From assembly GCA_964608765.1 (NCBI GenBank), contig CAZSPD010000001.1:6373-70372 (forward strand): a stretch of DNA of 64,000 nucleotides, given 5' to 3'. This DNA is from Candidatus Woesearchaeota archaeon (GTDB lineage Archaea > Nanobdellota > Nanobdellia > Pacearchaeales > GW2011-AR1). The translations under genes were made by a program, and so were the position numbers. A model generated the notes under the pieces. That model was given only the letters and a program-made list of their open reading frames with translations. It was not told the origin of the DNA and ran no database searches. Below, in pieces: positions 22,201 through 27,165 of the stretch (positions are counted from its first letter, which is position 1; every line of letters starts with the position of its first letter).

Positions 22201-22851
22201 ATTACAAATGGAACTTACAAAGAATTAAATGAATCAAATAATAAAGCAAGAAAAGAAATTAATGTTGGTTCGTGGCATTTCTTTTACGGAGATGTTTTTT
22301 CATCAAGTAATCTTGTTTTAGCAAATAATAATTCAAAGAATTTAATTAACTGGGATGCTGAAACACTTAACAAAGGGAATGTGTATGTAGTTGATTATGA
22401 TTCTCAAATATCTTGGACAAGTTTACAAGCAATAGGTAAAAATAAAGCGGGACAAATTAGTAATTCAGATTTTTCAGAAATAGATTCAGCATTAAACACA
22501 ATTGAATTTGAAGATTCTGTTTATAATGTTTATACTGATTTAGGAACTCCAAAATATTTTAGAGATATTATAGTATTTAGACATTTAATAGAAGAAGTCC
22601 CTATAATTAACTCTACAAATAATTCTAATTTTGTAACAGGAATACTTTGGGATACTTCAGATGACACAGGAGGGGCATCAGGAGAGTTTGATTTAACAGA
22701 TAGAGAAGATTTAGTGTTTATCTCTCCAATTAATAAACACGAGCAAGGAGCCTACGGAGTGTATGATTATGAATTAAGAGTCCCAGCAAGATTAAGAGAG
22801 TATAAGACAGGAGATTTAAAGAGTGCATCATTCTACGTAGAGCTTTTCTAG
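7246..22851 (+). CDS. Giant (~5200 aa) modular surface adhesin: Gly-rich modules, Ig-like repeats, 2x DUF2341-like, LamG/ConA-like, FN3-like, DNRLRE-like, CARDB-like and C-terminal 'VELE'-family domain
   Basis: Uninterrupted 15.6-kb ORF; ATG at 7246 preferred over TTG at 7225. Signal peptide MNKKGIIKLSLFFLVLFLILAIVFF. Motifs: WGGGGAG..GGGGGGAFA (x3); WWN....RR/K.INITN..D.R (x2); FTIEGWIKP..WHYL..IYLDG..FNGTMDEVRISN; EDSYISS..P..NYG..RPLLTVDY; about a dozen Cys-paired Ig repeats; IEITATIRNLG..ELNESNN. Confidence 0.93.
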   Translation: MNKKGIIKLSLFFLVLFLILAIVFFSIFSSASVSYNKENYFVGEEINLDFSGHRYCFIDIKTPSDKLNFECSERLSFVFEEPGEYIFNIDYLNEFEKFEINVLDKDFSQEDLGNLVQEYKNYTLNTPLINTQDYFIFDFKNKNSYTLNSSLEFNFREIGNYELIVFFPSGKKISRLGSNDRYLLNLLEEGEYLVEIVGGNRKTTYTFLSIKDFKKNLVQGKAEIGKPVKWIKELDLIEEGNFIEIPTLSGIKIENENGETFNEYSLVELDNKSYILIDSESPEKLFLEYITESPSLDEEIISETRKQVTIFSPEEFHYRDVLSYTSIPERLSAGQENLIKIYWIEEDTYLDFNALDTDSNGFLDYVEWIVPHLSTQTFEIIIITKADHLGSNKEFISDIYNEVRTLDNVWSEEINDGEYVRVVFEIPLSNLKDITIFPKVISGNPVVEVYEVDSNEKITEFSNLISEEYNKIYLENLISDTQDTFDLKIVGGSLQFDHIIDPTGGCIGGICTYNFTYSETWQVPNNVLNNNITVRVWGGGGAGAGRTNNGRTGGGGGGAFASSNIVVTPGENLRISVGDSVAGGTGNGANGIQSNVSWQNNTVAVRAAGGNGGTTTAGGSGGTVANSLGTIRYAGGNGAFTSSGNGGGGGGGAGTTGAGASATSSTGGIGNSLYGGNGSNGAGNANAPSGFIYGGGGGGVSRTSGSRSGGAGAQGFVQIIYQEIPDTTPPTYNSVSIDNIYSGEQTTFSIRVSDNEVLHPIGGYIFSTNNSGSWTNDTFVIFTETPSWANVTKLLNTNVKTAVGYRWYLNDSSGNTASTPIYTLTTLKLPQTFVYNFTVSEIWQVPNNILNNNITVRTWGGGGAGAGATSNLRTGGGGGGAFASSSIIVTPGENLTIRVGGSVAGTTGNGANGIQSNVSWQNNTVAVRAAGGTGGATNARGTGGTVANSLGTIRYAGGDGYYVSNSGNGGGGGGGAGTTGAGASATSSTGATGTSLYGGNGGTGSQNPAGTSGNGSNYGGGGAGLRRTSGNRIGGTGAQGFVQIIYQETPDITPPTYNSVSVDTIYSDTQATFSINVLDNSNIHPTGGYIFSTNNSGSWTNDTFVIFTETPSWANTTKSLNPNPGTNVGYRWYFNDSSGNTASTPIYTLRTEKEPGSKYTINSTGSASVYAVGTTSSNRWAAGTASSVAQRANMSLIDNRYARVATTANNRYPFYRFNFTIEEQVFTISSIFIRFTGYKTSSQTATLYVWNFATRNWVLISDIPDSPSDVTLNITNNIGDYIDDNQQLVIIAEGNRFSARGNSIFVDYVSVNVLYEEDTTPPTYNSVSIDNIYSGELTIFSINISDNAALHPNGGYIFSTNNSGLWVNDSFVSFTETPSWANTTKSLNPNKETAVGYRWYLNDSSGNTASTPIYTLTTLRLPQIFIYNFTGSGTWRVPDNVENNNITVRVWGGGGAGAGLTATGYGGGGGGGAFASSNIIVTPGENLRIYVGGSVAGTTGNGANGIQSNVSWQNNTLAVRAAGGNGGTTTAGGTGGTVANSLGTIRYAGGNGFRPTSGTTGGGGGGGAGTTGTGGSSTSQIGGTGTLEFGGDGGNGGALNGNGNPGQSYGGGGGGTRRTSGNRVGGGGAQGFVQIIYFGEEDITPPTYGDPSTDNIFSGELTTFSIEVSDNAALHPRGGYIFSTNNSGSWVNDSFVSFTETPSLANSIKTLHSTVGAVVSYRWYFNDSSGNTASTPIYTLRTEKEPGSKYTINSTGSASVYAVGTTSSNRWAAGTASSVAQRANMSLIDNRYARVATTANNRYPFYRFNFTIEEQVFTISSIFIRFTGYKTSSQTATLYVWNFATRNWVLISDIPDSPSDVTLNITNNIGDYIDDNQQLVIIAEGNRFSARGNSIFVDYVGVTTYYVKDVIPPSYSSVSVNNTEPDEPARFSIRVSDNIALHPRGGYIFSTNNSGSWMNDSFVSFTETPSWANVTKILSQEELIPIGYRWYFNDTSGNTVSTPIYTLRTDAYPPSASQVQCERAGSWRDCSTFKFSDTITRVRISCGGEVINAGFNLINIPDSRTFFNSNSTSNEGNWWIYDNADLIINDSGTFNLTGVCYGPSSQTESFVNWTVPWGRLEVDLVNPNMNTNVNPNEFFDFTASVRCVEGECGFVNITLDPTDSWWNKEYENRRLINITNPSNSILVQNYTMLVVVDTTGEEFKSNGDDLRIVYWNGTHNIEIDRYNSTSFDDPSTEIWFRIQSNISSRGYSDNYYIYYNNKDALNPPSNGSRVFEFFDDFNRPNSGTIGNGWTETSGTWDILNGKVRNTYGGDSDLTRTTITDNHSLRAIATPVVYDADFKLSIRSSTSFTSGYTFGYQNNYMELTTEGHTTNNLGSSPFSIIEGNTYEIEINTVGNRIVAYANGNIIFNLTNTAFSSGRMLLHSWDITDFDDVWLRKLIDIEPVYSLGAQEKVSKGILSTVVGDIPFYTTSRNPMDYRGTSCLSDMKSGDVCDVTWHVNSTGKIGSIWEFFVFANTTNYTNYFNSSDTSSYINITIGNLPPEIPELNFPANNSALTTIGEFNWSNSRDPTGDTVYYMIQISNSPEFTNLIYSNYNIPEQDTITGITPTGITQEGAYYWRVLATDLKSNSSWSETRIFYYDLSPPIVNLISPEHNSIITYSNTIDFIFNVNDLSDIQRCDLIINDSVRDTLIDVEKNTNVTFTFSLLNSFYNWRITCADSAGREGYSETRLLNVDVSNNPPKVGKIECEKKGVWQNCSSIVFGDTLTRVRVFCSDPEESVGEGVVNASINLTNIPDAHTFFEELSFEEDGYGFWMFNNLNFKINDSGEFIIYATCYDEDALSGTNSTSWNVPWGTFAIDLINPNSDIKVLKDNFFTFSSRIKCINGECGNANVTLDPPNWWNETWSSRKTINITNSGETSLLNFPIYINLSKEPEMQANFNDIRFINGSCGSTGNYLYLDYEIENYTSSKADVWINIPRFSPGVNQICMYYDNQFALSGQNPIRVWDNSYLTVQHLEETGTGIRYDSKYRRNFTTTGYDNDENVFGIIGGADLLDGVNDALTSGNSFLNNLGAFTIEGWIKPRAWGSRVSFVGQNDLVEFFLDGSNTISIWTANGGSTSTSYPFSLNTWHYLSATGTGSNILIYLDGVQVASGGSSTSNYGTSTYHVKIGEGVVDASGGFFNGTMDEVRISNISRSADWISQSYQIINNQSNLVSFGIKEEKTKGIISTVAGTTPFYTTTPNPLDSTTFSCLENMKSSGGSCDVSWNVNATGELNSVWKFFVTSNNLNNQEYYNTSSKSKEINITISSQIPPTVPQLYRPLNNTAYPVIPNLNWTNSTDQNRSKIYYIIEVSDNYDFSTIVFANYSIPETSSPTGITPTGISQEGAYYWRVKSSNLNSNSSWSETRVFYYDTSAPQINFINQTGEDNRHINNTNWLNRGENLTIFIDVTDINTNYVWVVVWQSIVGGVEKLKIFFNKIGDSLWKAEISTNQTWDDSYNYTIYANDTVGHLTNYTSNFTVLGGNTSIYLTEDYVVPPSNVSVYGHAYLSNSTALSNHPINIWVDGKFLFLQNLTPEGEDYIFYKQFLETSNSEFSQGTFYNTEVQNNQNLILSDGEAYGEFTKILDAGAIVHWDNLSWNFQGASCSGVYTYQHGDTNGYLGTEDSYISSGFPNINYGSSNSIIVDGSPTSERGLILFKNIIGKRFNQIPENSTINSANLAFYISDTGDQVGVYQVLEEWNENSVTYNNRGTGSPWSSAGCSGSPSRAIMPDDTFTAIVLGKYTVNITNSLKNWVSGQENYGWVFNMPTSNGIEIRSKEYIELSERPLLTVDYESDECTDVRVYIRTSNNKLTWTEWREVSNLDSINDPNIYSRYLQYKVELSSTSTSLTPTLEDLTFHYTALTTDSNGDYNYTLVSPSGFGYHNVTVNTGFSTIFIENTTSFFVQAGLPPNVSLIYPGNNHWFSEEELTLIYNASDLNDDIILSELIINGVVNRTNSTPIINNEYNEFIINLESGVYNWTVNVTDSSGYTATAPLRIFYVDLINPNISLVYPREGDSFVLSELNLSFNVTDNMATNLSCSVTLDGEVIHPLIWATSHTITNVSSGPLTGGAHYWNVTCTDNALRSFTSPTLSFDISDTPPEVVLILPEPDYLDSDGEVSFTYTVSDNSGILNCSLYIDNVFKQANSTPVINNQENTFNIQGLSEGIHNWTVECFDLSSNSHKPSPLSLRVDLYSPSITLNYPMNLGTSLTSNVYFNFTVVDSFDPYLDCNLTINGLVVDTFNATSGVMTSRLIEKLADDTKLWSVSCVDEAGHLGTSLTWRVNITEAPKVVLNTLNNSRYNSNTITLNYTPSDNTGISSCSLYLNGNLNQVNQSPVLNKMQNSFSVNSLPEGIYNWYVECKDYIGLSNQSETRIFYIDRTGPLIEVFYPRGDDVYNSNITFNFTAIDYLDTNIHCNITVNSSVVDSNILVSNGTLISREVSGISDGYNVWSVTCWDSLGNANTSPIFDFIRYTHPKVTLISPENNTWFNTSSFNLTYFPEDDGGIISASLYINGIHNRSNSTIITNRANNVFEINGFPEGSYFWNVNVTDTTYLTGIDEERRFYVDTTPPNIQLNSPYESEVITTNNVTFDFKVWDNLAEHITCEFTLNEELESSRVYINDSGAQFYSILRDGDHSWSIRCIDNASNHVYSGEIEFSVKAPPIVSLISPENNSRTASSEIDFSYIPYDLIGITSCRFYLDGELNSTNSLISENIINNFNIKGISEGIHSWTVNCSDSDNNWNWSEENIFYRDITPPSIILHTPENDTGIDSNLDRIYFNWTAIDILDDSLQCNLTLDGITRKQDIWITSGISNREYIFTSTLEQGAHYWNVTCWDQVGNANTSELRVFNLTYPDFLVSDSEIFLNESLPKENQPIEITATIRNLGGVDVGNVTVSFYIGDPDLGGYKLSPDTFIAITKFGAVNVTKSWTPEIGSSEVFVIVDPPLITNGTYKELNESNNKARKEINVGSWHFFYGDVFSSSNLVLANNNSKNLINWDAETLNKGNVYVVDYDSQISWTSLQAIGKNKAGQISNSDFSEIDSALNTIEFEDSVYNVYTDLGTPKYFRDIIVFRHLIEEVPIINSTNNSNFVTGILWDTSDDTGGASGEFDLTDREDLVFISPINKHEQGAYGVYDYELRVPARLREYKTGDLKSASFYVELF
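8779..12160 (+). repeat. Three Gly-rich modules (~8779-9420, ~9745-10390, ~11521-12160) alternating with Ig-like modules
   Basis: Repeated YNFT...W.VP.N..NNNITVR.WGGGGAG...VTPGENL.I.VG...GAQGFVQIIY. Five copies of D..PP.Y...GGYIFSTNNSG.W.ND..YRWY.ND.SGNT.STPIYTL extend to ~13275. Confidence 0.9.
10631..11171 (+). repeat. 541-bp direct repeat, copy 1
   Basis: Identical by eye to 12404-12944 (offset 1773 bp, in frame). The antisense ORFs 10774-10974 and 12547-12747 have identical translations. Confidence 0.9.
12404..12944 (+). repeat. 541-bp direct repeat, copy 2
   Basis: Same sequence as 10631-11171. Confidence 0.9.
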
Positions 22852-22922
22852 TTTTTTTCAAAATAATTTTTTAATTTTTATAAAATTTTACAAAACTTTT
22901 TTTAATTTTTTTAATTTTTTTT
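22852..22922 (+). terminator. Oligo-T tracts, probable archaeal terminator after the giant gene
   Basis: Several T6-T9 runs directly after the TAG stop. Confidence 0.45.
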
Positions 22923-22980
22923 AATAATCATTTATAAACCCCTTAAATTTTAAATAAATTCAATAATAGTTACATTTTTG

Positions 22981-23052
22981 GAAACATTTATAAATTCAAA
23001 ATATTATTTTACTATATAATATCAAAAGTTAGGAGAAGATTTGAAAGGAGGT
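22981..23052 (+). promoter_or_regulatory. BRE/TATA-like promoter and strong Shine-Dalgarno for the 23060 gene
   Basis: GAAACA-TTTATAAA at 22981-22994; GAAAGGAGGT at 23043-23052, 7 nt before GTG and 10 nt before ATG. Confidence 0.6.
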
Positions 23053-23059
23053 AAAAAAG

Positions 23060-23839
23060 GTGATGATTAACAAATTAAGTAAATTATTCCTAGTAACAAT
23101 TGTTTTAGGAATATTCTTGTTTGGATTTGTAGCAGCTGTTGAGCCATTTGGTGCTAATGTTACTGCAGTAGATACGTCTAGGTCTGACCCTTTGAATTAT
23201 CCTGCGGGAACTCACGAAGCTTGGGCAGGAAATGTAACTGAACTAACAATAGAGGGAGTTTCAGTAACTCAGTCTTGGCAAGGTTATTATGGTAATGTTT
23301 CAGGTACAATAATCTTAGCAGATAGTGATGAATATAGAATGTATGATTGGTCTCTCGCTAACCCGGAAGGTGAAGTGTACGCATCTCCATCTGGTTCTAT
23401 TTCGTGGGCTGACGTGCAATGTTACAGTAAAGATTTGGATAGTGTTTTAGGTGATGCATATGGGATAGCAGTTGATGATGTAGATAGAGTAAGTAATACT
23501 TTCTCAGTTGGAGGTACCCACGAAAAGGGAGGGGGTTTTGTTCACGACACTTTTTATACTGCTAATATAGAATTTGCTACTGGAACATGTGCAAGCACAC
23601 ATTTATTTACAGCAGGTGGAGTAGTAACATCAGGAACTTTTCAAGAGGTGTTGTTAGAAGATGCAGTTACAACGGATGGTGATGAACACGTAATTTTCGT
23701 ATCTATTTTAGATGAAGAAAGGCCTGATGGTTTCAATGGAAAACAAAGTATATACAACTTCCAAATGCTTGTCCTAGAAGATGGGCATACGACCAATGCA
23801 ATTCATACTACCTATTACTTCTGGGTAGAGTTAGAATAA
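23060..23839 (+). CDS. Secreted 'VELE'-family paralogue B (candidate major filament subunit)
   Basis: Signal peptide ..VAA|VEPFGA, AGNVTELTI, QSWQGYYGNVSGTIIL, C-terminal YYFWVELE; own promoter and strong RBS. Start is GTG 23060 or ATG 23063. Confidence 0.88.
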   Translation: MMINKLSKLFLVTIVLGIFLFGFVAAVEPFGANVTAVDTSRSDPLNYPAGTHEAWAGNVTELTIEGVSVTQSWQGYYGNVSGTIILADSDEYRMYDWSLANPEGEVYASPSGSISWADVQCYSKDLDSVLGDAYGIAVDDVDRVSNTFSVGGTHEKGGGFVHDTFYTANIEFATGTCASTHLFTAGGVVTSGTFQEVLLEDAVTTDGDEHVIFVSILDEERPDGFNGKQSIYNFQMLVLEDGHTTNAIHTTYYFWVELE

Positions 23840-23917
23840 AATTTCATTTTTTATTTTTATATTTTTTTTAAGGAGTAAAGCAAAAGCGAATGAGGGGGAA
23901 AAAGAAAAACAAAAAAT

Positions 23918-24661
23918 ATGCACAAAAAAGAGAAAAAGATTATTCTATCTGGAATTTTACTAATCGGAGTTTTTTTAACTCTAATATTCATATTTTCAAA
24001 TGAATTAGTTTCTGCAGATCCTGAAGGTCCGAGTAGTGTTATTTCAGTTTGGAATAGTACTAAAAATGCAACTTCTTCTGCAATGGTTAATATTTCAGGA
24101 GGACAGATTGCAGCATTAAACCTCACTATTTCTTCTCAAAATACTCACTGGAAAGCATTTGTAGGATGGGTAAGTGGAGCTTTTACATTAGATGATGCTT
24201 CTGGTTCTACAATTTACGATTGGAAATTAAGTACTACAACAGGTAGAGTTTACACTACTAGAGACAGTTCAACAGTAGAGTGGAATTTACTTCAGTGTGC
24301 AAATACTGAAACGAACCTTGAAGCTGAAAATGTTGCCATGTTCCATAATAGAACTTCAGATAACATTACAGCAACTTTTAGTCATCCTGGAACACATAGT
24401 GCTTTTTGGGTTGCAGGGAGAAATATTGGTGCAAACACTTGTCCTACTTTAAACACATATGTTAATGATTTAAGCCAAGATGATGACTTTGAAGAAATGG
24501 CACTCTATGATGGCACCAGTATAATTTATGCCACAATCTTAGAAGATAATTTAGTAGGTTACGATGGCCAGCCCTATGATTTCCAGATGCTAGTTCCAGA
24601 GAATGGTTCTCAGGGTTTCACAGGTGCAACCCCGTATTACCTCTATGTGGAGCTAGACTAA
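23918..24661 (+). CDS. Secreted 'VELE'-family paralogue C
   Basis: Signal peptide ..VSA|DPEGP, GGQIAALNL, HWKAFVGWVSG, IYDW, VEW..LQC, FEEMALYD, YDFQMLVPENG, YYLYVELD. Confidence 0.88.
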   Translation: MHKKEKKIILSGILLIGVFLTLIFIFSNELVSADPEGPSSVISVWNSTKNATSSAMVNISGGQIAALNLTISSQNTHWKAFVGWVSGAFTLDDASGSTIYDWKLSTTTGRVYTTRDSSTVEWNLLQCANTETNLEAENVAMFHNRTSDNITATFSHPGTHSAFWVAGRNIGANTCPTLNTYVNDLSQDDDFEEMALYDGTSIIYATILEDNLVGYDGQPYDFQMLVPENGSQGFTGATPYYLYVELD

Positions 24662-24662
24662 G

Positions 24663-25649
24663 ATGGAAATAAAAAAAAGAAATAGCTTAATCGCTTTTTT
24701 TGTACTTTTGGAGATTTTTTTATTTGTAATATTCTTTTCTTTTTTTCCTCAAGGGGTCTTTGCAGGAGTAGGGGAAAACGTTACTGTAACAACACTTTTG
24801 TCTATTGGAAACGCATTTCCAGAAGTATTGAATGTAACAATTCAAAATAATGAATCAAGTATTACTCTTGTTTTAAATGATACTCGAGAAATTTTTTGTA
24901 CAGGATTAGTTCGAGATTATAATGGGTGGGAAGATATTAATCATGCTACGGCCGTGTTTTTCCATCCTGGAAATTCAACTTATGAGGGTACAGATGATAA
25001 TAATCACCATTACACAAATCACTCTTGTGATATAATTCAAGATGGAATTTACACTGCAATAGTTAATTGTACATTTGATATTTGGTATTATGCTAATCCA
25101 GGAACAACAACTAATGCTTGGAATTGTACAATAAGAGTAAATGACTCTTTAAATAAAGAAGCACTTGGTAGTGGAAGGATTGCTGTTTCACAATTATTAG
25201 GATTAGGAGTACCTGATTTTATAGACTATGGTGAAGTTAATGCTTCAGAAGTTTCTTTAGAGGTTCCTTCAGATGTAATTAATTATGGGAATGTTATGTT
25301 TAATTTATCATTAAATGGGTATGGATTCGTTCTAGGAGATGGTAATGCTATGAATTGCACTTTAGGAGCAATAGGGAATATTTCAATTCAACACGAGAAA
25401 TACAATTTAACAAATAGTAATCCAGGAGTTATAGATTTGGCTCAAGCTAATGCAAATTACACTAATCTAACTTCTAGTTTAGTAGTCCCTGCAGCTGCAA
25501 TAAAGAAATTTATGCTTGCACCTAGACAAGACGATGTGTCCAATGATGCAATTAAACCAGTTTACTGGAGAATTTTTGTTCCATCTGGAGTTGCAGGAAC
25601 TTGCCAAGGAAATATTATCTTTGGGGCAACAACAGCTAGAGGAAATTAA
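24663..25649 (+). CDS. Secreted two-domain beta-sandwich glycoprotein
   Basis: Signal peptide/TM, paired cysteines, IDYGEV..N.GNV.FNLSL..YWRIFVP.G..GTCQGNIIF; 1 nt after the previous stop. Confidence 0.8.
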   Translation: MEIKKRNSLIAFFVLLEIFLFVIFFSFFPQGVFAGVGENVTVTTLLSIGNAFPEVLNVTIQNNESSITLVLNDTREIFCTGLVRDYNGWEDINHATAVFFHPGNSTYEGTDDNNHHYTNHSCDIIQDGIYTAIVNCTFDIWYYANPGTTTNAWNCTIRVNDSLNKEALGSGRIAVSQLLGLGVPDFIDYGEVNASEVSLEVPSDVINYGNVMFNLSLNGYGFVLGDGNAMNCTLGAIGNISIQHEKYNLTNSNPGVIDLAQANANYTNLTSSLVVPAAAIKKFMLAPRQDDVSNDAIKPVYWRIFVPSGVAGTCQGNIIFGATTARGN

Positions 25650-25670
25650 TCTCCCTGGGGTCTTTGAACA

Positions 25671-25820
25671 ATGGTTAATCTAAGATTATTTTTTGTTTCA
25701 CTGTTAGCACTTATTTGTTTAATTTTAGCATTTGTGTTGAATCCTTGGTTTATTGCAGGAGCAGTGATTCTTGCACTAATTAACCAAAAGGAATTGATGA
25801 AGACTACAAACAAAAAATAA
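25671..25820 (+). CDS. Small membrane protein (49 aa, not in ORF track)
   Basis: MVNLRLFFVSLLALICLILAFVLNPWFIAGAVILALINQKELMKTTNKK, a hydrophobic hairpin that fills the intergenic gap. Confidence 0.55.
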   Translation: MVNLRLFFVSLLALICLILAFVLNPWFIAGAVILALINQKELMKTTNKK

Positions 25821-25886
25821 TTTTGAATATATTTAAATATCTTTAATTAATTTGTATTAGATATATAAGATTATATTAGGGGAGAT

Positions 25887-26720
25887 ATGAATAAAGAGGA
25901 TTTTTTAAAAAAACTTGAAATAGAATTAAAGATATCTAAAAATTCAGGTTACACCATTAGAAATTATTTAGACTGCAATAGAAGGTTTTTAGAATACACA
26001 AAAAAAAATACCCAAGATATCACACAAGATGATGTTAAACTTTATCTTGTAGAAAATTTAAGCGAGTATTCATCATCATCTTTGATTGTATTTCTTTCAG
26101 CTTTAAAATACTCATTTTCAAATATTTTACACAAAGATATCACCTTGAATATTAAACGCCCAAAAAGAGAAAAGAGGATACCTTCTGTTTTAACTAAAGA
26201 AGAAATAAAGAATTTAATTGATTCAATAGCTTCCCAAAAATCTAAACTTATGGTATCAATGATGTATGCATGCGGGTTTAGAGTTTCAGAATTAATTAAT
26301 CTTAAAATAGATGATTTAGATTTTCAAGAAAAAGTTGGGAATATTAGACAAGGGAAAGGAAAAAAAGATAGAATATTCAATATTCCAGAATTTTTATTAG
26401 AGGATATTATCTCACACTCAGAAAAACAAAAAAAACAAAAAAAACACTACCTTTTTACTGGTCCAAAAGGAAAATTATCTGAGAGAAATTTGCAGAAGAT
26501 AATATCGGGTGCAGCAAAACGTGCAGGAATAAATAAAAATGTACACTGCCACACTCTAAGACATAGTTTTGCAACACACCTTTTAGAAAATGGAGTGGAT
26601 ATAAGGAAAATACAAGAATTATTAGGACACAGTGATTTGTCAACAACTCAAATTTACACTCATATTTCAAAAGAAGAACTTAAAAAAATAAAATCCCCTT
26701 TAGATGAGGTAATGAAATAA
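25887..26720 (+). CDS. xerA: XerA/XerC-D-like tyrosine recombinase
   Basis: N-terminal SAM-like domain; catalytic residues R (GFRVSEL), K (GKGKKDR), HTLRHSFATHLLE, LGH and TTQIY. Confidence 0.88.
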   Translation: MNKEDFLKKLEIELKISKNSGYTIRNYLDCNRRFLEYTKKNTQDITQDDVKLYLVENLSEYSSSSLIVFLSALKYSFSNILHKDITLNIKRPKREKRIPSVLTKEEIKNLIDSIASQKSKLMVSMMYACGFRVSELINLKIDDLDFQEKVGNIRQGKGKKDRIFNIPEFLLEDIISHSEKQKKQKKHYLFTGPKGKLSERNLQKIISGAAKRAGINKNVHCHTLRHSFATHLLENGVDIRKIQELLGHSDLSTTQIYTHISKEELKKIKSPLDEVMK

Positions 26721-26721
26721 A

Positions 26722-27141
26722 ATGAAATGTCCAAAATGTGGCCACACTTTTGAAATAGATGAGACTTCTGCTGAAAATAGAGGAAAATCCCAGAAAAAAG
26801 GAATGATAAAAAAATTTTATGAAGGAAAGCATGTTTCAAGAGCTCCTTTTGGTTATGAATGGGATTTAAAATTAAAATTACTTGTTCCTGCTAAAAACTC
26901 TAGGGAAGTTGAAGAGATATTTGAGGAGTTTTTAAAACCAGATGTAACTCTTTCAAGTCTTGCACAAAAACATAAACTTTCTGTAAATGGATTAAAAAAG
27001 GTTTTAAGAAATTTTGTGTATGTTGGAAAAGTTATGTTTGAAGGGCAACTTAGAGAAGGCAAACACACTCCATTAGTTTCTACAATTCTATTTAATCATG
27101 TTCAAGATAAATTAGAAAAACTCAAGATAAAAAAAAGCTAA
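26722..27141 (+). CDS. Stand-alone serine-recombinase 'Recombinase' DNA-binding domain with N-terminal CxxC knuckle
   Basis: CPKCGH; GM..K...G......PFGY; V..IFE.F; LRN.VY.G; GKH.PLVS..LF..VQ. No catalytic resolvase domain. Confidence 0.72.
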   Translation: MKCPKCGHTFEIDETSAENRGKSQKKGMIKKFYEGKHVSRAPFGYEWDLKLKLLVPAKNSREVEEIFEEFLKPDVTLSSLAQKHKLSVNGLKKVLRNFVYVGKVMFEGQLREGKHTPLVSTILFNHVQDKLEKLKIKKS

Positions 27142-27165
27142 ATATAAAGAAAAACTAATTAGAAA

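Noticed and set aside
3545-24661. Small secreted paralogues considered as type IV pilins or archaellins
   Set aside because: They have Sec-type signal peptides ending in A-x-A-like sites followed by polar mature N-termini, and there is no PilB/PilC (ArlI/ArlJ) pair or prepilin peptidase in the window.
25856-25881. ATTAGATATAT-AAGA-TTATATTAGGG upstream of the xerA-like gene, resembling a dif site
   Set aside because: The spacer is 4 nt instead of 6, arm symmetry is weak, and the region is very AT-rich and overlaps promoter/RBS sequence. It cannot be supported without a motif search.
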